Part shown: positions 19,301 to 26,147 of the stretch, piece by piece | Numbering within the stretch: the stretch's first letter is position 1 | Layout: the number at the start of each line of letters is the position of its first letter | Assembly: GCA_038154685.1 (NCBI GenBank) | Contig: JAYPYW010000011.1 | Coordinates: forward strand, 13,908 to 54,598 | Direction of reading: 5' to 3' | From: Flavobacteriales bacterium | Lineage (GTDB): Bacteria; Bacteroidota; Bacteroidia; Flavobacteriales_C; GCA-002722245 | Length of the DNA stretch: 40,691 bases | The notes under the pieces: generated by a model | Database searches by the model: none | Told to the model about the DNA's origin: nothing | What the model saw: only the letters and a program-made list of their open reading frames with translations | Program-made: the position numbers and the translations under genes

Positions 19301-21591
19301 GGATTTTGTATTGTAGATGTGTTTTCATCTCCAAAATCCCAATTCCAGTTTGTAATTGTCCCTGAAGAAATAGAACTAGCATCTAAAAAATTATTAGCAT
19401 TTCCTAAACAAATATTAGTAGTGGAAAAACGAGTTACTGGAGAAGGATAAATATCCATATTCTTACTCACCGAATCAGCACATCCTTTGTTGGTTATTAT
19501 ATTTAATTCAACTGTATAGTTTCCAGGACTATACATATTACCAGTATTTTGTTCAGTTGATGTTTTCCCATCTCCTAAGTCCCATTCCCAACTTGTAATA
19601 GAACCAAAAACAACAGAACTTCCATCATTTAGAAAAACAGAATCTTGAAAACAAAGTGGCGCCGCGATAAAATCAACAACTGGAATAGACCAAACTGTGT
19701 CTTCTTTGATAATCGTATCCTTACAACCAAATGCATCCTCAACAATCAATTCAATAGTGAATTCACCATCACTTGTGTAAGAATGATTAGGATTTTGAAC
19801 AATCGAACTATTTCCATCTCCAAAATCCCAATTCCAATTACTTATTGTCCCTTTTGGAACTGTGCTTAAATCCGTAAACGATTTTGATTCCCCTTCACAA
19901 ATTTCGGTAAACGAGAAATTTGCGGAAGGCAAGAAACCAAAAGTTAAATTTTGATTTGTAGTGTCTTTACACCCAAAAGAGTTTTCAACTATCAACTCTA
20001 CGGTATAATTACCCCCAGCCCCATACTCATGTGTAGGATTACTAACATTTGATGTATTAGCATCCCCAAAACTCCATGTCCAATTAATTATCGAGCCGCT
20101 TTCAGAAGAAGACGTATCAAAAAACCTTGCTGAATCTTCCAAACATAAATCTCCTGTTGTAAACCCAGCATTTATGTTTGGCAGCACTTTAACAACTTTC
20201 GAAATAGTATCCGAACACACTCCATTTGAAGTAACGATTAACTCAACATCATAATCATTAAAGCTACCATATGTATAGATTGGGTTTTCCAAAGAATTGG
20301 TAGCTCCATTACCAAATTTCCATGCAAAGGATGGACTTCCCCCGGCGTCATAGGTGGAAGTATTATTAAAAACTGTTGCATTTCCAAAACAAACCGAATC
20401 AGCATTAAAGTTGGCAATAGTAGCAGGCAAAATGGTTAATTTAACAGAATCAACTACTTCTGAACAGCCTCCATTTCCAGTGGATGTTAAATATAGAGTT
20501 ACTAACCCACTACTTATTTCTGCTGGAGTTGGCGTATAGGTAACATCCGTCGTGTCAGCTTTCGGAGAATATATTCCTGCTCCCCCACTCCATAAACCAC
20601 CAGTAGCTTGCGTAACTGTTCCATCCAAAATAAAACTCGGCGAATTAGAGCAAATTGTTTGGTTATCTCCAGCCTCAACTGTAATAGGCGCTCCCTGAGC
20701 AGTTACCGTTATTGTATCATAAACAGCTGGACAATCATCCACATCCGTCACAATTAACGAATAAGTTCCAACTCCAACGTCAATTGAATCATTTGTTGAT
20801 CCATTACTCCATTGGTATGAAAATGGTGGTGCACCACCGGTTATACTTGGGTAAATTTGAACTGTAGATTCTCCAAAACAGATTTGTGGATTTTCAGGAA
20901 GAATCGACAATGATTTATCACTAATAAACTTAACATTAACTGTATCCCTTATTGTATCAATTGAACAAGCGCCCTCTAAAAGCCCACTCAATTCGTATAA
21001 AACAGAATCGGGAGCTCCAGAATCATATGTAACAATTGTTGTATCGCAACCTGATGTACAACTTAAGTATGCATCATATGCAGGATTAGCAATAGCTCTC
21101 CACCTTATAGTGCTTTCAACAAATCCTGAAGTACCAAGGGTATCAGTACAAGCATCCGTAACATAAATTGGATCTGATAAATCAGGTCTTCCTATCGCCG
21201 TTAAAGTATATTCATTAGTGTTATTACCAGGTTTACAAAACGTTATTCTATGAGGTCCAACACCGCTCAAACAAATTGTATCACCAACTGGAGTAGGATC
21301 ATTACATCCTATTTCATAAAATAATGCACCAGGGGGAACTGCCCCATCGCTGATACTAAATTTAATTCCTGTTGTGTAAGGGTTTAAGGTAACAACAAAT
21401 TCTGCGCAATTATCCGATCCTGTTGCAGTACAGCAGTGACCATCTCTTTTAAAATACGGACTAACCCATACTGAATCTGCGTTATTTGATAAATCAATGG
21501 TATATGATGGTGTAATCGGATCACACTGACCAATTAATTTTTGAGCGTAGCCCAAAAAAAGAAGCAATATAATTATCCCCCAATTTTTCAC
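13300..21591 (-). CDS. Giant PKD-repeat surface adhesin with gliding-motility-associated (type B, CHU_C) C-terminal domain
   Basis: Likely start is the in-frame GTG at 21591 (MKNWGIIILLLFLGYAQKLIGQC); the ORF track starts at TTG 21657. About 28 PKD-like units with W.WDFGDG..S..QNP.H.Y; C-terminal FTPNGDNIND...IYNRWG...WDG..KG....GVYVY. Confidence 0.93.
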   Translation of the reverse strand: MKNWGIIILLLFLGYAQKLIGQCDPITPSYTIDLSNNADSVWVSPYFKRDGHCCTATGSDNCAEFVVTLNPYTTGIKFSISDGAVPPGALFYEIGCNDPTPVGDTICLSGVGPHRITFCKPGNNTNEYTLTAIGRPDLSDPIYVTDACTDTLGTSGFVESTIRWRAIANPAYDAYLSCTSGCDTTIVTYDSGAPDSVLYELSGLLEGACSIDTIRDTVNVKFISDKSLSILPENPQICFGESTVQIYPSITGGAPPFSYQWSNGSTNDSIDVGVGTYSLIVTDVDDCPAVYDTITVTAQGAPITVEAGDNQTICSNSPSFILDGTVTQATGGLWSGGAGIYSPKADTTDVTYTPTPAEISSGLVTLYLTSTGNGGCSEVVDSVKLTILPATIANFNADSVCFGNATVFNNTSTYDAGGSPSFAWKFGNGATNSLENPIYTYGSFNDYDVELIVTSNGVCSDTISKVVKVLPNINAGFTTGDLCLEDSARFFDTSSSESGSIINWTWSFGDANTSNVSNPTHEYGAGGNYTVELIVENSFGCKDTTNQNLTFGFLPSANFSFTEICEGESKSFTDLSTVPKGTISNWNWDFGDGNSSIVQNPNHSYTSDGEFTIELIVEDAFGCKDTIIKEDTVWSIPVVDFIAAPLCFQDSVFLNDGSSVVFGSITSWEWDLGDGKTSTEQNTGNMYSPGNYTVELNIITNKGCADSVSKNMDIYPSPVTRFSTTNICLGNANNFLDASSISSGTITNWNWDFGDENTSTIQNPNHIYSVDSTYTVELITTSNNGCKDTLSRTVTVNSNPVPDFIGASQCVLDSVKIVDSSTIKNGSITSYSWDLGDGSFSNDTCPTHLYVPGDYTVKLVLSSDSGCTDSVSKSVSIFPGPEAGFETSEVCLGGTNNFIDTSKINTGIITYWTWDFGDGTTSSLQNPNRTFANDSLFEVKLVVESDNGCKDSITQNIEVHSLPLVSFAVTPECFIDSIELNGNVTIKNGSISNYAWDLGDGNTSNQDSLKHLYSPGVYNIKLVATSVFGCSDSLTNAFTLNPNPIAHFNTSEVCDGDNTIFNDSSYVTGDIITDFLWDFGDGNTSIIENPNHLFAKDSIYNVQLVVKTANNCSDTTVQPITVWSNPTVNFSGSPQCFIDSVTFTDSSNSTFGELSSWTWDFDDGTSSGEQNPKHLFTPGTYDVKLIVQNDFGCIDSLTKSLDIYPSPVADFDFTEVCQGVSMNFTDSSNISGDVISQWLWDFGDGTLSSLQNPSHTYLNDSIFRVQLVVTSANNCKDSIIDSIEVFSNPIANFEADPQCFIDSVQFNDLTTLQNGSIAIWEWNLGDGTNSNDQYPKKLYTPGKYNINLKVESNNGCRDSIVKSLDIYPAPVANFGFNQVCFGDSTQLIDSSVVSSDVITAWDWNLGNGETSSAKNLNFIYAIDSVYLVSLTVTTANNCKDTITKYVPVWSVPTPNFNAAPQCFVDSVDFVDLSSADFGIIDSWNWDFGTGEFSTKQNLKKMFAPGTYNVKLVVETDKGCSDSIVQDLDVFYGPKVDFNVSDVCLGTEMNFIDNTSISSGTLTNWNWNFGDGNSSIDQNANNLYSNDSIFDVTLKVTSDNGCSDSLTKSVTVWSVPEANYSALPTCYLDSVRFTNSSTSKLGNINFVQWHFGDGSGSVLTNPAHKYNPGEYDVELIVSNDGGCSDTLEKNLNIYPSPEADFDAKEVCLDSATSFTDASLITDDVITSFVWDFGDGNASSLPNPTNTFITDSVFPVKLIVTTANGCSDSITKNITTWSKPELAFNASPVCFLDSVRFLNASAINLGVVDSWSWDLGDGNFSNEASPVHFYTPGNYSIKLTASTNRGCTDSIIKSVDIYPAPVADFNAVESCEDSPVVFTDNSSITGDFISNWTWDFGDGSNSILQNPINTFSSDTVFNVELIVETSNGCKDSITKTITSWSVPLIDFAAAPQCFIDSVTFIDNSLASYGSINSWNWDLGDGTSSTDQNPTKLYTPGNYTIKLIATTDQSCVDSLIKSVDIYPAPVVDFITEEVCEDSTNAFLNLTTISSGSIIDYSWDFGDGNISSGINPNNSYLKDSTYVVKLIATSNNNCVDSVEREINVWGKPIISVSSIEACYNDSINFKSLTLSTNDSIVNQVWKLGDETTKSGGEINHLYATDGTYNVTLIVTTLNGCVDSNTYEINAQPKPIANFLAPSVCFGDSVEFYNTSSVPSGALSYEWKFGDGSVSNIENAKHNYTAGGDFSVELKVTSINGCVDSIEKDLSFFPNPVANFGSESGCIGGLLAFNDSSSVKSGIISNWLYDFDNGFQSTNQNPVHSFIMDGIYEVSLIIETDKGCRDTTNKSISIYKGPEANFNVLAECFEDSVFFIDASTIPGEDISEWHWNFGDGTFSSIQNPSKQYSIDGEYTVELIVNTSNGCMDTLTREFDLYPKPKANFELFNHCLNEAAKFNSTAFVSSGEIDSTLWIINESVIEKDSFEFYFAKDSTYLITQVVVSDFNCRDTLSDSLIVYPLPVVNFDFNGVCFGDSTIFTSTAYSENSDQLGLFWDFGNGEFDSIQTSNVLYSVPGGYPVKLTVTDSLGCINDTTVVVEIDGDLPVANFNFSPSSVQLGLDVTLTENAQNASIFEWDLGDGIGFDEGNQIVYNYQDTGVFVVTLTASKSNGCLDVISLPLIVKTPPKIASVFTPNGDNINDVVPIQGGPYQDVIFTIYNRWGQQVFQSLDPGTGWDGNFKGEIQPNGVYVYTLEGTLLDGTKYRETGDITLVR

Positions 21592-21758
21592 ACAACTAAT
21601 TTTTCCCCAGCCTATTCTACAGAAAAATAGGTATTTAGTTACAAAATAGCATTTCAAACGAAATAACGAAGTAGCTTATGTAGCTCCTGATTTTATTAGC
21701 TAATACTTGAGATTAAATGACAAGAGAGCACTTTAAACATTATACTTGAAATAGAGTA

Positions 21759-21932
21759 ATGAGATTGGATATTTCTTGTCCAGTAGAAAGAGAAAGGAAG
21801 TCCCTAAACTATAACTTATTACGGAACTTAATTTTAATTGGGAATGGCAACAGTGCTAATTTAACATCGCAATCTCCAGGAATCTACTATATAAAGATAC
21901 AGCAAGGTAGTTTGAAGGTTGTTAAACAATAA
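21759..21932 (+). pseudogene. Orphan T9SS type A CTD fragment (57-codon ORF)
   Basis: YNLLRNLILIGNGNSANLTSQSPGIYYIKIQQGSLKVVKQ* aligns without gaps to the GH16 gene's C-terminus YDLLGNLVVLGNGDSADLSLQTSGVYYLKVDTRTVKIIKH*. No signal peptide and no YPNP motif. Confidence 0.75.
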
Positions 21933-21937
21933 ATTAC

Positions 21938-21967
21938 AAAAAAAAGAAGTCTCCTTGAGGAGACTTC
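21938..21967 (-). terminator. Intrinsic terminator of the Cys-rich peptide transcript
   Basis: Perfect 9-bp stem GAAGTCTCC-ttga-GGAGACTTC (21946-21967) followed on the minus strand by T8, 22 nt after the stop at 21990. Confidence 0.85.
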
Positions 21968-21989
21968 AAATCATATTAAAACTTACCAA

Positions 21990-22148
21990 TTATTTCCCAC
22001 AAGAGGAACATCCGCAAGCTGTTTTACAAATGCAGTTTTCTGTTTTACTACAATTGCAACTTTCATCACTGTTATTAGTTGAATTTAATCCATAAACAGT
22101 TGTTGCTAAACCTATTGCCATAAAGGCGATTGCTAAATATTTTTTCAT
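21990..22148 (-). CDS. Small exported Cys-rich metallothionein-like peptide (52 aa)
   Basis: Below the ORF-track cut-off. MKKYLAIAFMAIGLATTVYGLNSTNNSDESCNCSKTENCICKTACGCSSCGK*: Sec-type signal peptide, 7 Cys as CxC-CxC-CxCxxC, A-rich initiation region (TTTTAAAATAGAAATAAAATG) and its own terminator. Confidence 0.8.
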   Translation of the reverse strand: MKKYLAIAFMAIGLATTVYGLNSTNNSDESCNCSKTENCICKTACGCSSCGK

Positions 22149-22193
22149 TTTATTTCTATTTTAAAATTAAACTTATGTTAAATAAAGTAGTTC

Positions 22194-22556
22194 TCAAGAA
22201 ATAGAATGAATTGGCGGTTTATAAGGTTTATGGTTAAATATGTACTTGTACATACTGTTGTAGATATCTACAACTTCGGTATTAATATTTAAAGATTTGA
22301 ATTTAAATGCGGGGGGTTTTTCGTTTTTTAAAACCAGCTTTAAGCAACAACAATTCGAAGTGCATTGACCAGCACAATTTTCATTATCATCCGATTGGCT
22401 TTGACAACTTTTATCAGCAACTTCTTTTTTTGCACAACACGAATCCAATTCCATTTTTTCGGTTTCAGCTTTCATAGATCCAGAAGAATAAAAAGGCATT
22501 TGCGTAACTGCAAATCCTAAAAACAAAACCAATGCTATTTTGATGAAATTCTTCAC
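22194..22556 (-). CDS. Cys-rich protein with N-terminal hydrophobic segment and C-terminal PP motif (DUF2946 / HYC_CC_PP-like)
   Basis: Likely start GTG 22556 (MKNFIKIALVLFLGFAVTQ); SCCAKK...SC...NCAGQCTSNCCC; ends KPYKPPIHSIS*. Confidence 0.7.
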   Translation of the reverse strand: MKNFIKIALVLFLGFAVTQMPFYSSGSMKAETEKMELDSCCAKKEVADKSCQSQSDDNENCAGQCTSNCCCLKLVLKNEKPPAFKFKSLNINTEVVDIYNSMYKYIFNHKPYKPPIHSIS

Positions 22557-22676
22557 ATTGATTAAAATAGATGTTTTTAGTAAACGGATCAAATTAAATC
22601 TATTTTTTAACTTCATTTTAACAAAAAACACAACAGACCAATCATACTATTTTAACAAAGATTATTTTTACCAGAT

Positions 22677-23120
22677 ATGAAAAACAGTCATAACTACACA
22701 TTATCCCTAAAATGGTTGGGCAATGAGCAATCTGTTAATCATAGAGAAGATCGTATTTATGAAATTAGTATTGAAGGTAAGCCACTTTTAAAAGGATCTG
22801 CAGATAAACCATTTTTTGGGGATCCTAGGCTTTATAATCCAGAGGACCTTTTATTATCCGCCTTATCATCCTGCCATATGATGTCATTTCTTTACTTATG
22901 TCGCAAAGCGGGAATTAAAGTTAAATCATATACAGACGATCCAATTGGAATCCTTAAGTTGGATAACTATGGAAGCGGCAGATTCGAATCAGTAACTCTT
23001 AAACCTGAAATTGAATTGGTGGACTCGTCGAAAAAAAGTGAAATAGAATCCTTGCATCAAAAAGCAGGAAAGCTCTGCTTCATAGCCAACTCTGTAAATT
23101 TTCCGGTTTACTATAAGTAA
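22677..23120 (+). CDS. OsmC/Ohr-family protein
   Basis: GSADKPFFGD...NPEDLLLSALSSCHMMSFL and LCFIANSV carry the two conserved Cys motifs of the family. Confidence 0.9.
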   Translation: MKNSHNYTLSLKWLGNEQSVNHREDRIYEISIEGKPLLKGSADKPFFGDPRLYNPEDLLLSALSSCHMMSFLYLCRKAGIKVKSYTDDPIGILKLDNYGSGRFESVTLKPEIELVDSSKKSEIESLHQKAGKLCFIANSVNFPVYYK

Positions 23121-23121
23121 A

Positions 23122-24285
23122 CTAGAAGGCCTCTCCAATAAAGAAATAGAATCCCATTCCATCAGGGTTCCAGCCTAAATCTAAACGAGTGAAAACATCT
23201 CTTTTAGGGAAGATTAAATAACGTAATCCACCTCCCGCAGACCATAGCAATTTATTGAAATTTAAATCGGGAGCAACTGATCCTACTCCTGCAAAAACCG
23301 CTCCTCCAACTCTTTTGCTAAAAGGAAAGGGTAGCCAGCGATGTTCAGCTTGGAAAGCCATCATATTATTATCTCGGTACTTTCCTAAATAATATCCTCG
23401 CATCATCATTTCCCCACCTATCATACTTAACTGATTAAAAGGAACCGCACCTTCAGAAAATTGTCCAATGGTTTGAAAAGCGGCTACATTTCTTTTGCTT
23501 GTCTTAAAAAAGGCTCTTCCATCAATAAAAAGGGTATTTAAAGTATGCGTAGATGACCACGCTGGACGGAACGCTAAATATCCAACCTCTGCTAAATATC
23601 CATGACGCACATTCAAAACATTATGACGTGTATCATAAACAACACCTAATCCTAACCCTAAGTTTGCGTATCCATCGTCTCCAAAAACTGGATAAGGAGA
23701 AACGTCCTCCATCCAATCAAAGTCAACCTTACTCAAGCTTTCATAATCCAATTGTAAACCAACATACCAATGTTTCCAAACCTTTCTTAGTACTCTTTCT
23801 CTAAAAACTAAAAAGTTAGCGTTAGCAATTGCAAGTTCTTCTCCTTTTATATCGGGTCCAGTTCCATAGAAATACAACGGATAACTTTGAAACTTTAATT
23901 TTCCCAATCCAAACCATTTATCCTGATCGGAATACAAAGCATGATCGAAATTTATTCCATACTGTCCTTCAACTGTTACAAAAGAAAAACCTCCAAACTC
24001 ACTTAACCTGTTAGATGTATCTTGGTTAGCATAATACATATAAACCCCGGCTGCTCCAAACTCCCAACTTGTTTCAGGTGAGTAAGCTAAAATGGGATAC
24101 ATTAACCACTTTGCTTTGCTGGCATCTGTTGTATCATTAAAATAACGGTCATATAATTTCTTTACTGTAGATTGAGAAACCACTTGATTAGAAATCAGCA
24201 TAAAGAGACTTAAAATCGAAAGTGTTTTAAATAAATGATATTTCTTTCTTGTTCTAATGAATCTAACAATTAAAGTTGACCACAA
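23122..24285 (-). CDS. Omp85 (BamA/TamA-like) barrel-only outer-membrane protein
   Basis: P..AYSPET, YDTR.N..N...G, MRGYY.G.YRD (Omp85 loop-6 RGY motif) and C-terminal FFIGEAF beta-signal. Too short to hold POTRA domains. Start codon uncertain. Confidence 0.82.
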   Translation of the reverse strand: MWSTLIVRFIRTRKKYHLFKTLSILSLFMLISNQVVSQSTVKKLYDRYFNDTTDASKAKWLMYPILAYSPETSWEFGAAGVYMYYANQDTSNRLSEFGGFSFVTVEGQYGINFDHALYSDQDKWFGLGKLKFQSYPLYFYGTGPDIKGEELAIANANFLVFRERVLRKVWKHWYVGLQLDYESLSKVDFDWMEDVSPYPVFGDDGYANLGLGLGVVYDTRHNVLNVRHGYLAEVGYLAFRPAWSSTHTLNTLFIDGRAFFKTSKRNVAAFQTIGQFSEGAVPFNQLSMIGGEMMMRGYYLGKYRDNNMMAFQAEHRWLPFPFSKRVGGAVFAGVGSVAPDLNFNKLLWSAGGGLRYLIFPKRDVFTRLDLGWNPDGMGFYFFIGEAF

Positions 24286-24455
24286 AATAACTAAGAAAAT
24301 CTCAATCGCATTGTAAAAAAATGAGCTTATTAAGTTTCAAACAAACACAACAATTAACTATTAAATAAATTCTTGGTACCTGTTCTTTATGAAAAGAACC
24401 TTTATAACAATTCATAAATTTAATATCTTGCATATAAGACAACTAAACTCGTTTC

Positions 24456-26129
24456 ATGACTAATTTATTTAAGCAAGCTGGAATTGTATCATTTCTAATT
24501 TCCTTTAATTTAAACGCCCAAGGTGGTTTTACAGAACCTTTAACCATCCCAGACACAATAAACAGTAATACAGTTCATCTTTATGTGAAAGATACTGTAC
24601 ATGAATTTGTTTCGGGAATAGAAACTAATACATACGGAATTAGTGCGTCCTATTTAGGACCAACTATCATAATGGACAAGGGAGATTTTGTGCAATTAAA
24701 CGTTCACAACTTATTGGACGAAACAACTACAATGCACTGGCATGGGATGCACGTTGCGCCTGAAGATGATGGAGGACCTCACACGGCAATTTTAGCCGGA
24801 GAAACTTGGTCGCCCGACTTTACTGTTTTGGATGAAGCTACAACATTTTGGTACCACCCGCACTTACATGAAAAAACCAACGAACACGTTTCTAAAGGCG
24901 CTGCAGGGATGATCATCATAAGAGACGAAGAAGAGGCTGCATTAACTTTACCAAGAACTTACGGTATAGATGATATTCCAATGATATTGCAAAGCAAAGC
25001 TTTTGACGCTTCGTGGCAAATTGAAGTTGGAGGAGGTACTGTAGATGATGTAATGTTGGTAAATGGTGTTATTGAGCCATATGTTGATGTGCCTGCACAA
25101 ATGGTAAGGTTTAGAATGTTAAACGGATCTACCGGAAGAACTTTTAATATCGGTGTTTCAGATAACAGAAATATTTACCAAATTGGATCCGATGGCGGTT
25201 TATTAAACGCTCCTGTTTCTTTGAACAGAATAGTAATAGCTCCAGGAGAAAGAATGGAATTTGTGATCGATTTATCTAGCGATGAAAGTGAGACGCTTTA
25301 CCTTAAAAGTTATGCATCGGAATTCTCAACAGGGATAACAGGGGCTGCTGGTGGCCCTGGTGCTACCAATGTACTAGATGGAGCTGATTTCAACGTATTG
25401 CAATTAAGGGTAACTTCGGCAACAGCTGGAGCTATTACGTCTTTACCTACGGTATTAAACGACTTGGTTCCTATTGCTGAAAGCTCTGCAGATTTAACAA
25501 GAACGCTTACGCTTGATGGAGGTGGACCAGGAAATCCTTTTACAATTGATGGAGAAATAATGGACATGTCAGTTATAAATCAGACTGTTGAATTAGATGC
25601 TACAGAAATTTGGGAGATTGTAAACGAAACACCTATTGCCCATCCATTTCACATCCATGATATTCAATTTTACATTTTAGATAGAGACGGTGTTGCTCCC
25701 CCTGCCAATGAGCAAGGGAGAAAAGATGTTGTTTTTGTTTACCCGGAAGAAACTGTAAGGTTCATTGGAACATTTGAAGACTTTGCCAACGAAGAAATCC
25801 CTTACATGTACCATTGCCATATTTTAACACATGAAGACGGCGGAATGATGGGTCAATTTATCGTTGTAGATAATTCTGAAAGTTCGGTGAATGACATTGA
25901 TGCAAATTCCATTTCGGCTTTCCCTAATCCAACGGAAGGTTCAATAAATATTCAAGCAACCGAAAATGGATCTTACAAAATTACAAACGCTATAGGGCAA
26001 GATGTTTTGCAGGGACTTTACCAAGAGAATTCAAGTATTGATTTAAGCTCTTTGGAAACCGGAATCTATCAATTAGTTGCAACTTCAAATTCTGGATTAA
26101 CATCAACTACGAAAGTGGTTAAGAAATAA
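24456..26129 (+). CDS. Three-domain multicopper oxidase (CueO/laccase-like) with Sec signal and T9SS type A CTD
   Basis: All four copper motifs are present: HWHG, WYHPH, HPFHIH, HCHILTHEDGGMM. C-terminal AFPNPT...GIYQL...TKVVKK. Confidence 0.95.
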   Translation: MTNLFKQAGIVSFLISFNLNAQGGFTEPLTIPDTINSNTVHLYVKDTVHEFVSGIETNTYGISASYLGPTIIMDKGDFVQLNVHNLLDETTTMHWHGMHVAPEDDGGPHTAILAGETWSPDFTVLDEATTFWYHPHLHEKTNEHVSKGAAGMIIIRDEEEAALTLPRTYGIDDIPMILQSKAFDASWQIEVGGGTVDDVMLVNGVIEPYVDVPAQMVRFRMLNGSTGRTFNIGVSDNRNIYQIGSDGGLLNAPVSLNRIVIAPGERMEFVIDLSSDESETLYLKSYASEFSTGITGAAGGPGATNVLDGADFNVLQLRVTSATAGAITSLPTVLNDLVPIAESSADLTRTLTLDGGGPGNPFTIDGEIMDMSVINQTVELDATEIWEIVNETPIAHPFHIHDIQFYILDRDGVAPPANEQGRKDVVFVYPEETVRFIGTFEDFANEEIPYMYHCHILTHEDGGMMGQFIVVDNSESSVNDIDANSISAFPNPTEGSINIQATENGSYKITNAIGQDVLQGLYQENSSIDLSSLETGIYQLVATSNSGLTSTTKVVKK

Positions 26130-26147
26130 AGGGCTTTTAATTAAAAT

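Noticed and set aside
13300-21591. Recurring ccatcaccaaaatcccaa-like DNA words at ~250-bp spacing, superficially CRISPR-like
   Set aside because: They are the degenerate codons for WDFGDG in the PKD repeats; the spacing is far too long and no cas genes are present.
22156-22183. TTATGTTAAAT (22173-22183), an exact XerD arm of a dif site
   Set aside because: The would-be XerC arm (CTATTTTAAAA) lacks the expected ..ATAA end, the site lies in a 45-nt intra-operon gap, and such an AT-rich 11-mer can occur by chance in 40 kb.
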